This document shows, piece after piece, positions 49,041-63,666 of a DNA stretch of 64,000 nt. The stretch's first letter is position 1, and every line of letters starts with the position of its first letter. The DNA comes from Microbotryum violaceum (taxonomy: Eukaryota), in contig CDLV01000005.1 of the NCBI GenBank assembly GCA_001244265.2, forward strand, positions 2,170,001-2,234,000, written 5' to 3'. The position numbers were made by a program, and so were the translations under genes. Below the pieces are notes generated by a model, which worked only from the letters and a program-made list of their open reading frames with translations, did no database searches and was not told the origin of the DNA.

Positions 49041-52000
49041 TCAAATCTGAGTCGGACGTGCTTTAGCGACCTTAAACGTCGGTCGTGATGAAGGGAACAG
49101 GCCGACATTCATAGCGTTGGCGGCGCTGCGGGCTCGGCGAACCGGATCATCGCAGGCTACATATCATAGGATGAGCGGGTGGAATCAGAAAGAGATGGAC
49201 TTGATGAACGGTGCAGAACGACCTACCTGGAAAAGGCTCGGGTCGACCCGCTAGCCGGTGACCGGGAGAGTAAAACAGCTTGGGTCGACGGTCCTCGTCT
49301 TGGTCGAGCACACTCGAGTTGCGAAAGTGCGTAATGAGGCCCGCTTTACCCTAAGCACGGAAATTCAGTGGATACCCCATGTTAGCAAGCAGAAGGCGAA
49401 AGTGTGTCTAGGGGCCTTTCGTGCTTGCCTGGATGTTCGCGTACGATGCCTGCGCAGCGCACAAAATGGAGCGAAAGTAAGCTCACGATTCATAACAGGC
49501 CACCGCTGCTGTAAGCTGTCCACTCACCACACATATCTTGTCGGAATTTGCGAGGTTCCAGCGAGTTCCCACTCGAGCGCGGACAAAGCGGGCAAGATCC
49601 TCCACCTTTGGCGACACACCATGACATGGCAACGAGGTCAGTCCAAGTTTGAGAAGGCCAGATTCCTGTGACTTGCCGAGTTGAAATCGACAAAGCCGTA
49701 GCCAACATTGCACCCACTGGACCAATCGAGACGAATGTAAAGGAATTGATAGCACCTTCCCACCGACTCGTCGATGAACTTCATCACATCGACGTCCTTG
49801 AGCTTGTTGGGGATGTTTTTGAGCATCAAGGTCGTGCGAAGATCCAGCCCCCGCTTGATCCTTTCGAGGTCGATCACGTTGTTGCGGGGTATGCGCTCAT
49901 CACGGTAGATGCCGTGCGTCAGAGGTAGAGATAGTGGAGCTGTAGTTGACGAAAGGGACGGGATACTCGAAGACGTGACCGACGACGACGACGCCAAGGA
50001 TAGACGGCGATGCGATGCGGACTGCGCAACGCGCAACGAGTTGTCAGTGCCTTTCACAACCCTGGGCCAGACTTGCCTAGCGCTCACCTCCGCGCTCGCC
50101 TCCAGAGCTGTCACATCTGATGTTGCAAGAGCACCACAAATGTCATACTCCGAGTGTTGAAGACCTCGATTGAACCCCTCTGGCCCATCGAGAGATCCTA
50201 CTCGAGCGTCACGAGGGGTAGAACCTTCACCGATGGATTTGAGCGGGACAAAACTGGGAGCGAGAGGGGAGATGGGAGCAGCATAGCTGTCTCGGGAGGT
50301 GAAATCTGTGCTTGGGGAAGAGGTCGATCTCCAGCTGGCGGTTGAAATGGGATCTTTCTTTCCAAATGCGCAGAGATGCATGGCCTTCTAAGCAAGCAGG
50401 ATGGGCTGTCAGATTTAGGGTTCAACTCGTGGGACAAAGTCAGTACTTGGGACCACTCACCGTCATGGCAGGCTCGAAGGTGCATTGAAATCTGATACCA
50501 TCATGTACCCGACCATCCAGCTCCCTTCTCGCCGTCTCTGCGCTTCGGTCGTCGTTGTACTCGCACAATACGATGCCAACTTCGACGATCGAGAAAGAGC
50601 GCAGGGAGCCCATCGATGACAGCAATGTGAGCACCGAAGAATCGCGAAGATGCGAAGGGGCGTTGCAAGTGATCGCAAGTACTCCTTCCGAGGGCGAAAG
50701 TAAGCTCTCTTGGAGCAGCGGATCGGCATCAAGCATCTGCTGAGCGCCACAGCTGATCAGCATATCAATAAAGTGAGACGAAGGGAGAAGCGATCACGGC
50801 TCACGAACCTCTTCAAACATCTTGCGACTGATAGGACAAGCAGACACGCGGCTCGACTTGAGGAGCAACTCGATCTGAGCGATTAAATCGTTCGCACCAC
50901 GAACGTCATGAAAGACCACGATGATGCCTCGTGCCGAGGTTCCACACCAGCCTTTGTACGACGGGATATTCTTCTGCAGTTATCATGAAGAGTTGGATTA
51001 TCAAGTAAACTATTCCTACACAACGACGAAGGCCAGCCTTATCGAACTCACCGCTTTGACGATGAGCTCCTGCAGCCGAGCTGCACGCGCCTCCTCCGAG
51101 ACTGTTGCGCTCACGTGGACGTAACGCGACGACTGCGAGGCTTGTGCCTCGGATCTATCGTCTTCGCCATGAGAGCGATCGGTGGTGGGTGAAGAACCAT
51201 CTATTCGAGGTAACGCGAAGTTTAGAGCATCGAGGTCCAAGGCGGTAGGAGTGGAGTCGACATTGGCTGGATCGCGCCGACGAGGGGGGGCCGGCGTCGT
51301 CTTGGAGGGGACAGGCCAGCTCCACTTGGTATCAGGAAGGGCGGAGTAGTCGTCGATGAGCAAGTTCAGAGCCCCTCCGGGGGTCCCAGGCGCCGAGCAA
51401 GTAGACTGTTTTGGCATCATAGAACGGGGAGAGGTGTTCAAGGCCGACACAAGAGCTTCGAATCGATCGGTACCGATATGTGAGGGTGAGGCTTGGAACG
51501 CCGTCAGAGACGACCTCCTCGACACCGACTGAACGGGGAGGCTCGAACGACGCGCAGGGGACCCTACAACCGGGGAGAATTCGTGGTTTAAGCCTCCTGG
51601 ATGTGGAGGGGTTATTGGGGACTCTGGCGGCGATGGAGACGCGCTCGAGCCGACCACCGACGAGGTTCGACGTGCGAAAGGGGCTACGGACTGCCACGAG
51701 AAGGGCTTGTGGGGCGTCAGAGGAGGCGTATCGAGTCCAAGGAGGTCGATACCCTTCCATTGTGGATCCGATGAGTCACTCTCGGTCGAGAGTCGCAAGG
51801 GGTCGAACAAGAACTCTGCACAAAGTAGCGGACGAAAGGCCGAGGAGCTCCGTCAGTCCGAAGCGAGAGGAGCTCGATCGCTTTGGGGTGCCGAGCGCGA
51901 GCCTCGGCCGGCCGGAGAGTTGTCACTCTCGGCGGACCCCGAGGGACAGGCTGGGGGCGGCCGATCGTGCAAGTTGCCGGCCGGTGCGACGAACTCACGA

Positions 52001-52407
52001 TTCCCATGTTGCTGCATTGGATCAAAATCTGGGTGTACTCGACGAGTTGTCGGGCCTGGCTCACGGTTGTCTTGGTCGTCCGGACCGTGGGTCGGCTCGG
52101 ATGGGGCTGCAACACTGATGAAGCCGCCGCTGGTGTCGAGCCAGAGCGCATGCTGAGCGGGCGCCGAGGCGGCCGAGTCACTGAGGGTCGTGTTCGTGGT
52201 GGTCGAACGCGGCGGCTTCGCTGCATCGGCATCGGTGTCCCCATCGTCGGATTCGAGGTCGAGAAAGCTACGGTCTAGGCTGGCATGCTTGTGATGGCTC
52301 GCAAGAAGGGCTTGGGAAGACTCAATGAGTGAGAAGGGTGCGAAGATGTGGGGCTGCTCGGACGAAGCGGTGTCGTCGTCAACACCGTCGTCGTTCCAAC
52401 GACTCAT
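49041..52407 (-). CDS. mei2: Mei2-like RNA-binding protein (C-terminal RRM_2/RRM3), multi-exon
   Basis: DLRTTLMLKNIPNK..FLYIRLDW..GCNVGYGFVDF, RWNLANSDK, FRNSSV, plus degenerate upstream RRMs (IIVVFHDVR, CEYNDDRSA..A..ELDG). The start codon is tentative. Confidence 0.82.
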
Positions 52408-53688
52408 GACCCCTAGAAGAAAAACGGACGAATGACCGACGACGTGAAAGAAGAGAAGAGGAGAGGAATAATGATGGAAGGTACAAACGGGTTGACTTTG
52501 AACAAGAGCGTCTGAGGAGTGGGTGGGTGAGAGCAAAGGTGCAAGCGACGGGCCAGTGCAGGACGAAGCGAATCGGACCGAAGTCAGAAGGCGGCGCTGG
52601 CTGATCGAGGGGAGCTCGCCTAGACGCCCAGCGACCGCGCCTGCACTCAGGAGCGAGTTTTCTAGTCTGCGCTCGGGACTCAGGAGACACTCCTTTTAAT
52701 GTCAACCGCTACATAGCGCCGAGCGTCTCCAAAAACCAATCTGCCATTCTTCTTGACACCGTTGTTCCCTCGCAAAAAGGAAGCACACGAACGACTTGTT
52801 CGTGTCGATTCAATTACGTCGCACCGGTACTACTGCTAAGATCTCTTTCCGACTTGTTGACGAGCTTTCTTACTCTTAGGGCAAGCACACAACTCGAACA
52901 TGAAAGATCGAACTACATATATAGCAACAAACCTTGCCTGTCATGGTCCGCTTGCGATTTGCTGCACAAAGTTCCTTTCCGGGCCCCCCGACTCATTCGC
53001 ACGCTGCACAAATGACTTAAAACCGAAGGCTTGTCTCAGATTGGAAGCCCGTGCGAACTGAAGCCGTCACCATCTCAGCGGTTGCCGCGCCCGACGCAGC
53101 GGCACAAAGGCGGACTCCATGCATCCATGTCCACCCCTCAGCTGCCAGCTGTCACGGTGAGAGCGAAACACCTGTGTGGAAAAGCGTCAAACTTGTCCGA
53201 CTCACCATCATCAAAGAAGTGAACAAGATCTGTGAGTGTTCATGAAATGTCTGCGCACCGTCCACTGCAGAGCCCATTTTGTTGGGCCTAGTACTACTAG
53301 CCACGGCGATGCCGGCTCTCGATGCTCTGAACTGGCGCGCGCACGCGCTGCGACGCGTCCAGAACAGTTCCTTCGGAGCCCGAACGCGTGTGCGGCCTGC
53401 CCTCCCCCCTTACCTCTCTTTTCCTGCCCAACGCTCGAAAGGCTCAATCGCTCGACCTCGGTGTACGCGCTCGCCCGTCCAGCGTCGTGTCTTTCCTTGC
53501 GTATCGTGTCTGGATTGTTTTGGTTGCTTCACCCAGTCGCTCACCTTCTCAGCACGGCTGCGGGTTCAGTTTGGGCAGTCTCGGTCCGCGCGCGACGCTC
53601 TCTAGCTCCTCCTCATTGACGACCTCACCGACCGGCGTCTACACCCACCCCCGATCGACGAAAGACATCAAGATATACTTACGACACT

Positions 53689-56600
53689 ATGTCGTACAAC
53701 CCACGGTTCCTGGCCAACCCGACCTACATGCGCCAGAGCTCATTCGATGATCACTCGTCCGCGTCGTCGCCATCGTCTTCTCGACATGCGTCACCTCTCG
53801 TGCCACCACCGCTCGCGCCACCTCCGAGCGAATCTTCGCACGCGCAACCGAATCGTGGCGGGCGTGGTGCACCATCACAATGGGGGGCAGAAAGGGACGA
53901 CGGCGACTGGGGCGACGAGCGCATGCGAAGGCGGCAGACCGTTCGAGGCGTGATCCCAGGCACAGTGCGCGAAGCGGGTATTGACCCGCGCGCTTCGTTT
54001 GTTCCCAATCGCACCATGATGCGAGGCAAGACGTTGACACGACCCGAACGCTTCGTCGCACCCGCACCCTTGATCAACCCGAATCCAACAATCACGAGTG
54101 GCAAAGTCCAAACCGCGCTCATCGACGGCGTGCCGACGCTCAAGACCGAGGAGGCGTGGTACAGTCCCTGGCGGCTCTTTGTCGGGATCTCGACGATTTG
54201 GGCTCCGCGCTGGCTCCTGTCGGCATGCGGCCTCACGGATCGCGCCAAGCAACGAGCATGGAAGGAAAAGTGTGCACTGTGCGAGATCTCGTTGCTCATG
54301 ATGGGCGCCATCGGGTTTCTCACGCTCGGCCTCACGCGAACCCTGTGCCCGAGCAACGCCGTTTCCCAGTTCCAACGACTGGGAGAAGCGCCTGGTGAGT
54401 GGCTGCGATCTGCATACGAGCAGTGCAGAGTCGAGGGAATTACGAACATCTCAGCTGACCCGGCTCTGCTTGTTTTCCTGTGTTCGCTTTTTTTTCCTAG
54501 GCTCCGTCGGCATCGCTGGTCGTAGCTACAAAGTGTCGGGGACGGCGCCCGCTACAATCTCGACCGCGGCCAACACGCTCGGCGGGTCAGATGTGACAGA
54601 CCTATTTGACCGCAGCGCGATCCGGACACCAGCTTGCAACGGACTCACGGCCGCCTACGCAACCACTAACCTGTGCAGCAGTTCGGCTAGCAATACATCG
54701 TGCACCTTGGGAGCGTTCACCGAAACTCTGGCGACCCAGCTCGGGCTCACGAAGACGGACCTGCTCGTCGGCTACGATTGGAACCAGTTGGAAAAGTTCG
54801 AGAACTACCTCGTCCTCGACGGAAGTGTGCTCAACCTCAATCCTTACATGCTTGCTCACCCGAACCCGATTGCGAACGACACCGTCGACACCGCGATCCG
54901 CTTTGTGCTCAAAAAGATGAACGGTAGCGGTGGCAAGGATGCGACGCGAATCTTCTACAACCTCAACGAGCTCCGCAAGTCGAGCAAGTGCCTTCAAGAG
55001 CGCTATTACGCCGGACATATCGACAAGGTCACGCCGGGGTGCTTTGTATCGGACCTCGTGTTGTACACCTCATTATGCTTGATCATGACCATCATCTTGA
55101 CTCGCTTTTTGATGGCGTGCGTTTTCCACTGGTGGTTGTCGGCCAAGCTCGTGCGACCGCCCAAGAACCTCAAACGCCACGCGATTTCGCCCGCCGTCAT
55201 GCCCGAGGGCGCCAACATCGACATTGACAACAAGACAGGAGCGGCACCTTGGACGCAGACCGAGATGCAGCGCCGCGAGACGCAACGACTGAAGAAAACG
55301 GACCGAAGCGGGGCCCGCCGAGGTGGCCGCAGCGCTGGAGACTCGCCTTCCGAGAAGGACAACCCATTCCTCGAGAAGCCGGTGCCTACGAGTGGTCGTG
55401 GCCGTACCGCCTCGCTCAACTCGACTTCTCGCAAGATAACCAAGGCTGCGCCGGCGGTGCGAGCGGATGGAATGATCAACCTCGCGTCGATCGGGGCCGA
55501 GCTCTTTGTCGCCTGCCTCGTCACCTGCTACTCCGAGGGCGCAGCCGGCATCAAGTCGACGCTCGATTCGATCGCTGGAACGACCTACTCGGATGCTCGC
55601 AAGTTGCTCTTTGTCGTGTGCGACGGCATGATCACCGGCCACGGCGAGAAACAATCGACCCCCGACATCTGCGTTGGGTTGCTCGAAGCCGACCCTCGCT
55701 TTGGAGAACCTCAAGCGATGAGCTACATCGCCATCGGTGACGGGTCTAAGGCGCACAATCACGCCCTCGTCTACGCCGGCCACTACACCAGCGTCCGGGG
55801 CCACCGCACGCCGACGATCATCGTAGTTAAGTGCGGCACCCCGGACGAGGCGAACGACAAGAAACCGGGCAACCGAGGCAAGCGCGACTCGCAAATGGTC
55901 TTGATGAATTTCTTCTCTCGTGTTACATACAACGACCGCATGACGCCGCTCGATTTTGACTTGTTCCGCAAAGTGCAGTCGCTGATGGGCGTTACGCCCG
56001 ACTTTTTCGAGACGGTGCTTATGGTCGACGCCGACACTAAGGTGTATCCCGACTCGCTGTCCATGCTCGTGCGCACGATGCAGAACGACTCGATGATCAT
56101 GGGCGTGTGCGGGGAGACCCGTGTGGCCAACAAGAGGCAATCTTGGGTGACGATGATCCAAGTTTTTGAGTGAGTAAATGAATTCTTTCTATCCTCTTAT
56201 ATATTCACCTGTGCTTATGAGCTCACTTCCCCCCGTTCTTGACCTTTCCGGCGATCCGCTGACGCCGCTGCCCTCTACTGCTCTTCATACAGATACTACA
56301 TAAGTCATCACTTGTCCAAGTCATTTGAATCCGTATTTGGTGGTGTCACCTGTCTGCCCGGCTGCTTTTCCATGTACCGACTCAAGGCGCGCAAGGAAGA
56401 CGAAGGGGACTGGTTCCCCGTGCTTGTCCAGCCGCAGATCGTCTCGCAATACTCGCAGTCGGTCGTCACGACGCTCCACCAGAAGAATTTGTTGCTGCTC
56501 GGCGAAGATCGTTTCCTCACGACCTTGTTGCTGCGCACGTTCCCGAATCGCAAAATGATGTTCTGCCCCCAGGCGCGCTGCCGAACGGTTGCACCCGACA

Positions 56601-57982
56601 CGTTTTCGGTCTTGCTCTCCCAACGTCGTCGATGGATCAACTCTACAATTCACAACTTGATGGAGCTGGTCCGCGTGCCCAACCTGTGCGGAACGTTCTG
56701 CTTCTCGATGCAGTTCATGGTGTTGGTCGATCTGATCGGAACGGTCGTGCTGCCGATCGCTATTTGTCTTACTTATACTCTCATCATCACTTACGTGAGT
56801 AATCTGGAGCATCGAGTCGCCCCCTTCCCCCCTTTCCCCACCCCACCATTGGAGTGCCGGACCTGACTCTTCGTGTGTTTTTCCACAATGTCGCACAGAT
56901 CTTCCACCCTCCCAACTCGTTCTCGGATGCAATCCCCCTCCTCCTGCTCGGAGCCGTGCTGGGTCTTCCCGCCGTTCTCATTCTCATTTCCACCTTCAAA
57001 GTTGTCTACGTTGGCTGGATGCTGCTATATCTCGTGGCGCTTCCCATCTGTGAGTGACAGTGGTATCGTACGACTCGGTTCATGAGACAATTTCTCCTGG
57101 TTGTTGATACTAGTCAGATTGGGGTTCGCAGGGAACTTTGTCCTTCCCGTCTACGCCTTTTCCAAGTTCGACGACTTCTCTTGGGGCGAGACGCGAAAGG
57201 TCATCGGGGAGATCAAGGGTGACGATGGGCATGGCGTTGGTGGCGTGGCCGCCAAAGTTCCCATGCGTCGCTGGGAGGACTGGGAGAAGACGCGTTTGCG
57301 CAAGAAGAAGCGCGACGAGCGAAGGCGACGCGAGTTCGAGCGCCAATTCGGCTCCCGACTCACGCATGGAAGCTCCAACAGTCTTTATGACGACAGCAAC
57401 ACCCACTCGGAGACCGCCTCTTCATACGGCGGCGACGAGGATCGATGGGGAATGGACATTGGGGGCTACCTCGAAGACGGTCCGACAGCGTTGCCTCCGC
57501 CCGTTGGCCTTTTCAGCATCGACGCCGATTCCGAGGAAGGCGAAACGTCGACGCTGGATGCTCGCGAGCTCGAACTCGTGCTCGATCAGGGATGGGGCCA
57601 CGAGGAGGCACAGAGAGGGTACTCGTCCTCACAGTCCCACGGATACGCCAGTCCGCCCGTGAGTGGCGGCGGTCGGAGAAACAGTCCCCCGGCACCGCCA
57701 AGGCTGTACTCTCTTTCGGATGGTCCATCGTCTGGACAAGCCTGGACGAACCCTTCGTTCGAGCCGCTCAAGTCCGCAAGTCCGACCTCGATTCACGGCC
57801 CTGTCGACGATGGAAACTACGCCTCGTACGGCACGGCCCATGCTCCTACGCTCTATTCGGATCCGGATCCGAGCAAAGGCAATACCGCGCTGAGCTCGAG
57901 TGTGGACCGATCCACCGGCCATGCGAAACGACGAAGTCTTGGGTCGTCGTCCCAGCCCGCGAGTTCGGAAGCAACCCGATAA
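53689..57982 (+). CDS. Chitin synthase, class IV-type (division 2, with a cytochrome b5-like region)
   Basis: [92 protein letters not shown] and DDFSWGETR. No myosin motor domain. Confidence 0.95.
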
Positions 57983-59445
57983 GATGCAAGGGACACGAGC
58001 CCGCCACATCACGGCTACGGTCGAAGGATCGCGTAGGTCTCCTAGGCCGGCATCTGCAAAGCTTCGATACCCTTTCTGCCGAACCTTTCTTGTGTCCTCG
58101 TGCTTCATTCTCTGTCACTATCCTATCCGCTTGGTTCTCTTCCTCACCAGCGTGACAGACCACGCTGGTCCCCACTGTAGCATCGATAATCACGTACTGC
58201 CACCATACTATCCTCATCGCAGTCTTACTCATCTGTCGTCCAAGAGGCGAGGGAGCTCGCTCGGATGGACCAGGGTACAGGAATGTAATCTGAGAAGCCC
58301 TGATTTCCCACTCTGTCCAGTGAAGATTCGCTCGGCCACGAGTTGGCCTCTCGAGCAATGCACTCGCGCTACATTTGGGCGATAGGGGCAACCGACCTGT
58401 GCGTAATTAAAGCTCTCGACTTTAGAAATCCACGGACCTCAACACCACCCCTTTCGAACCTGGGTAATTGCCAGGACTCCAAGAATAGGTATTCGGTCTT
58501 AATCTGGTCGAGAGGGGTGGAGGCCGAAAGAAATGTTTCACCTAGCCCAAGTCCTACTCCAAGAGTGGGGAAACTTAGCTACAATGTAAGGCCCGCGCGG
58601 CCTCGCACGCACATGACCAAGGACTGAATCTGGCCGAAACCCGGCTGACCGAATATTGGCCCAATATATTAGCCGGTTTTCCCCTTTTGTGTAGTTCAGT
58701 CTCGGTCCTCTCTCTCTTGGAGAACACATTGATTCGGAACCGATTCCTGAAACAACAAACACAGTCAACAATACCCGGCCATTCCGAATACGATGAGCGA
58801 TCGGCCCAATACTCGCGATCCCTCTGTAAGGCCACCGGCCACCTGCCTGACATACACGCGACAGTTGCAAAATTTCAGCGCTTTGTTCGCCATGGAGTCG
58901 GCGGGCCAATTTGATCCCCAGTTATTTTAAGCTCAGATGGTTGACGGTGGGTGGCGCCCCTCTGCGGCCCTTGCGGGATTTCAGCCTTCAAGCGAGTGCG
59001 AGATCCCCGCGCTCGATCAAACATATCAGAGGAAATGGGCTGGCTAGACTCTAGCGACAGACCAACCCCAGAAAGGTGTTTGCGATGGCCCGATCCCCCG
59101 CTGGATGCAGTCTGCCCGACGCCTGCCACACGCGCTGACGCACGCGAACGGGAGGGATGCACGTGCAGGGGCACTGACCGACGCGCCCGCCGGCACGTGA
59201 ATGAAAATCTCTCAAATGCAGGAAAACTGCCACGTCCTGAAAGATTGAGTTGCTTGCTTGGGTAAAGTCCTCAGGTTGATGCGATAGTACTATATCCATC
59301 TGAATGACTGGAGAAAAACAGTTTCGTTCTCACCCTCATCCCGACGAAGTTCCGCAACAGCTTGTCTTCTCTTCTCCGAGCCGACTCGCCTGTGGTCCAC
59401 GTCTCGTTGCGCGCCAGTTCACCGACCTTTCGCTATCCCCGAAAC

Positions 59446-62400
59446 ATGACTACGTCAAACCCCACCTCGGGCCTCCCGACCACGTTCGATGAGAAGGCGT
59501 CCACGCCGGCACGTCGCCTGTCCACGTCCTCAACGGCCGACTTGGAGCTTAAGAAAGAAGGTGTTCATACGACTGGTGTCACTTTCCCCGACACGCCCTT
59601 GAAACGCATTCAAACGCTCCCCAGGACGAACACGCTCGGTATTCGCCGCGAGCTCACTCTGAACCGTGAGCTCACGCAAGAGGTCAAGGACCGTGCCGCC
59701 GCTGGATACCAGGATGCGAACGAAAAGACCAAAGAGAGTGCCTCGCAGTTTATCGAAATCGTAAGACTCAGGACACTACTGGATGACGCGTCGATGGTGT
59801 CTTCCGACGCGGAAATTGTAGCCAAGTCGTGTGCTGACCGCCTCTCCCGCCTTGACCTCCCCTGTTCGCCACATCTCCGCTATCCCCTGACCCCTCCCTC
59901 GGCTCTTCGCCCACCCGTTCGTCCGGCTTCCAGGTCGATCATCATCTGACCGTCGCTGAGGTGGCCAAGAAGTTCGATACTTCTTTCGACGTAGAAAACC
60001 CCGCGAACTCCAAGGGACTCACCTCAGCGGTCGCCGCAGAGCGACTCCGTACGAATGGTCCGAACGCGCTGACGCCTCCTGTGCGCAAGTCGGGTCTTCG
60101 CAAATACCTCGAGTCCCTCAGTTCGCTCTTCAACATTTTGCTCATTGTGGCTGGCATCTTGGAGTATATCCTGCTCGGTGTCGATTTTAAGGACAACAAG
60201 CCGAACGAGTACATCGGAGGTATTTTGATCGCCGTCGCCTTCGTCAACGCCGGTATCGACTATTACCAGATCGCCAAGGCCGAAGCCGTGCTCGCCGGGT
60301 TTTTGTCTCTTGTCCCCGCGACCTGCACCGTCGTTCGTGACGGTCAAATCAGCCAGATCCCGGCCGCCGACTTGGTTTTGGGCGACTGCGTCCTCATTCG
60401 CATGGGTGACAAGACCCCCGCCGACGTCTTCATCTTTTCCGCAGTCAGCTGCTCCGTCGACAACAGTTCTCTTACCGGAGAAGCCGAACCGCAGAAGCGA
60501 GTCGTTGTACCCCAGGGCGACAAGGCCAAACGCGCTGCTGAGGCCCAGAACTTGCTTTTCAACACCACTCTTGTCGTCTCCGGAGAAGCTTGGGGTGTCT
60601 GCATCCGAACCGGTGATAACACCTTCATCGGCTCCATCGCGTCGCTCACGTCGAATCAAAGCGAGAAGAAGTCTCCTCTCGCTACCGAGATTGATCGGTT
60701 CGTCAAGCTATTGAGTTCAGTTGCCATCTTCACCGCTATTCTGTTCTTCATTGTCGGCATCACCACTGTGTACAAGGGCCAGGCCGCGGCAACGGTCACA
60801 TTTGCGATCACCATCTTGGTCGCCTGGATCCCCGAAGGATTGCCGGCCACGGTCACGCTCTTGCTGTCGATCGCTGCCCAACGTATGGCTAAGCGACAGG
60901 TTCTCGTCAAGGATCTACAAGGTGTAGAGGTGAGTTCTAGGATCTCCAGTGTTTGCATTGAAAGCGGCGGCTGACGAATCCGTATGGGCTCACCCACCGT
61001 CCTTGGACAGACGCTTGGTTCTCTGACCATGCTTGCTACCGACAAGACTGGTACGCTCACCCGCAACCAGATGACAGTCACGAACGTCTGGACGGGAGAG
61101 GTTTTCTACACCGACAATGCCGTCCACGCCGAGTCCTCGGAGCGTAGTCTTGCACCCCAGGACATCGGAATCGCCGAAACGATCTTAATCTGCGCGCTCA
61201 ACTCCAAGATCAAGTTCAACAGGACCGACATCCCCTTCTCCGAACGCGAGCTGCTCGGTGACGCCACCGAAACCGGTCTTACTCGATTCTCGGCCAAGCA
61301 CTTGGCTTCGTACGACGACACCCGTGCCGAGTTCCCCCAGGTCTTCGCTATCCCGTTCAATTCGACCGACAAGGCTGCCACCGTCGTCGTCAAGAAGCAA
61401 CACGCCACCGGTCACTTAACTCTGTACCTCAAGGGAGCGCCCGAGCGAGTTCTCGCCCGATGCTCGACCTACCTCGGATCTGATGGCTCCCTTCGACAGG
61501 TCGACGATGCGTTCAACGCGGCTTACACGGTCGCGTACGATGCGATGGCGCACAAGGGACATCGTGTCATCGGTTGCGCTCAACTCCAATTGGCCGATGC
61601 CGATGTTCCCGAGGGTTTCGACTTTGAGGAGAACAAGAGCATGTTCGCCCACGGTCTCACTTTCGTCAGTCTCGTCTCGCTCGAGGACCCTCCCAAGCAC
61701 GGTGTGCGTGAAGCAGTTGGTACTTTGCGACGAGCAGGTATCCAGGTCATGATGGTCACGGGTGATCACCCCGCCACCGCCGAAGCCATTGCCCGCAAGA
61801 TCAACCTCATCTCGGGCGAAACCAAAGCCGACGTCGCGAAAAGGACTGGTCGTCCCGTCGACTCGATCGATGAAGACGAATACGATGCCGTCGTCGTTCA
61901 CGGTGACGAAATTGATGGACTTCAGGGATACCAGTGCGTTGCCTGGTCTATATTTGCTCTTTCACAGGAAAGCTGCTGACTTCTATCGCGAGCGCTGTCT
62001 TTTTTACAGATGGGACCAAATCTTCAGTCACTCGGAAATTGTCTTTGCTCGTACGTCGCCTCAGCACAAGCTCGCGATCGTGCGACACGCTCAAGATCTC
62101 GGGCACATCGTCGGCTGCAGTGAGTGAAACCTAAAGACCACCTTTGTGCTCCAGAGGTACGCTGAACTAATCGGTCCGAATTACGTCTATTCCTTCATTC
62201 CCTAGCGGGTGATGGTGTCAACGATGCCCCGGCCTTGAAGCAGGCTGATCTCGGAATCGCGATGAACATCTCCGGTTCGGATGTCAGCAAGGAGAGCAGT
62301 AAAATGATTCTTCTCGACGACAACTTTGCGTCCATCACGAGCGGCGTGGAAGAAGGTCGTCTTATCTTCCAGAACTTGAAGCGCTCGATCCGTTACACCG

Positions 62401-63447
62401 TTACGCACTCGATCCCTGAGGTCATCCCTCAGATCCTCTACGTCCTCGTCCCCGTGCCTTTGCCCTTGTCCGCTTTGCTCATCTTGGTACATAGTACCTT
62501 TTCGTGGCCATATTGAAGCGGCGAGGAACTAACATCAGTATCTCTCTTGGTTCCTATAGTTGATCGATCTTGGTTTCGAACTTGCGGTCGCGCTCAGTTT
62601 CGCCTTCGACCCTGCCGAATCAGCCGACGCTATCATGCGAGCCGCTCCTCGCAAGCCCGTTTCGGATGCCTCGATTGGCCGCCTCAAGGGCCGCGCCTTG
62701 CGCCGCATCAAGACGCGCAACATCGACCCCGAGACGAACCAGACCATTGAGCCCACCCGTATAAGCAAGTACATCGACTCGGCGAAAGCTCCCTTCACGC
62801 GCCAGTTCTGGGTCGACGCTTTTGAGCCTTCGGACGACGAGACGCTCGTCGACCGTAACCTCCTATCTTACTCTTACCTCGAAGCGGGTATGATCGAGCT
62901 CATCGGCGCTTTGACTGGTTATTTTGTCGTCTTCTACAATTCCGGCTTCACCCCTCGCGATCTGTACCTCGCTCAAAAATCCGCGCACCCCAAATACTTC
63001 CTCGACAACTCGCCCAACTACATTTCCGTCTCGGGTCGTGTCCTGACCGCTTCGGAACAAGTCGACGCCTGGGCCAAAGCGACGAGTATCATGTACCTGT
63101 CCATCTTCCTGATCCAATGCTTCAACATCTTCGCCTCCAAAGCCAAGTTTCTCCCCCCCTTCGGAAAACATGTCGTGTCGAACTACTACAACTTTGCCGG
63201 CATCTTCGGTGGTGCGGTCGTAGCCATGTTCGTCATCTACACCCCTCCTTTGCACGCCGCGTTCGGAGGGACGTACAAACTCTCGCCTTTGTACTGGCTC
63301 ATCCCGATCGCGTTCGGGTGCTTCCTCCTCGCTTGGTCGACGGCACGTGTGTACCTGACCCGCCGAGCGTTGGAGAAGACCCACGTCAAGCCCTTGCCCA
63401 AATTGATGATGCACCCGACCATGTACTCGACCGGAGGCGGCAAGTAG
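59446..63447 (+). CDS. ACU1: P-type ATPase, Na+,K+-ATPase-like (P2C / fungal ACU type)
   Basis: [89 protein letters not shown] and [16 protein letters not shown]. Confidence 0.9.
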
Positions 63448-63666
63448 ATGAACTTCCTTCCTTGGGTCTTGGTACTTCAATCCTTTGACCGGGTTTTCCC
63501 CCCCCCCCCCCTTTCCATGAGATCATATTACTAGATATCTATACCACGTTCTTGGGCATCTGATGTGGTTGTGGACCCTCCGAGAGCCCCCTGGGATCAG
63601 ACTGATGCGCGGCTGGCACGACCAACTCGGCGATGGAAGACATTCTCATATATATTTTAGCATGGA

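Noticed and set aside
55073-56161. Long antisense ORFs (also 15788-16609, 43741-44499, 60024-60659, 62863-63480)
   Set aside because: They are shadows of GC3-rich sense-strand genes and have no recognisable motifs.
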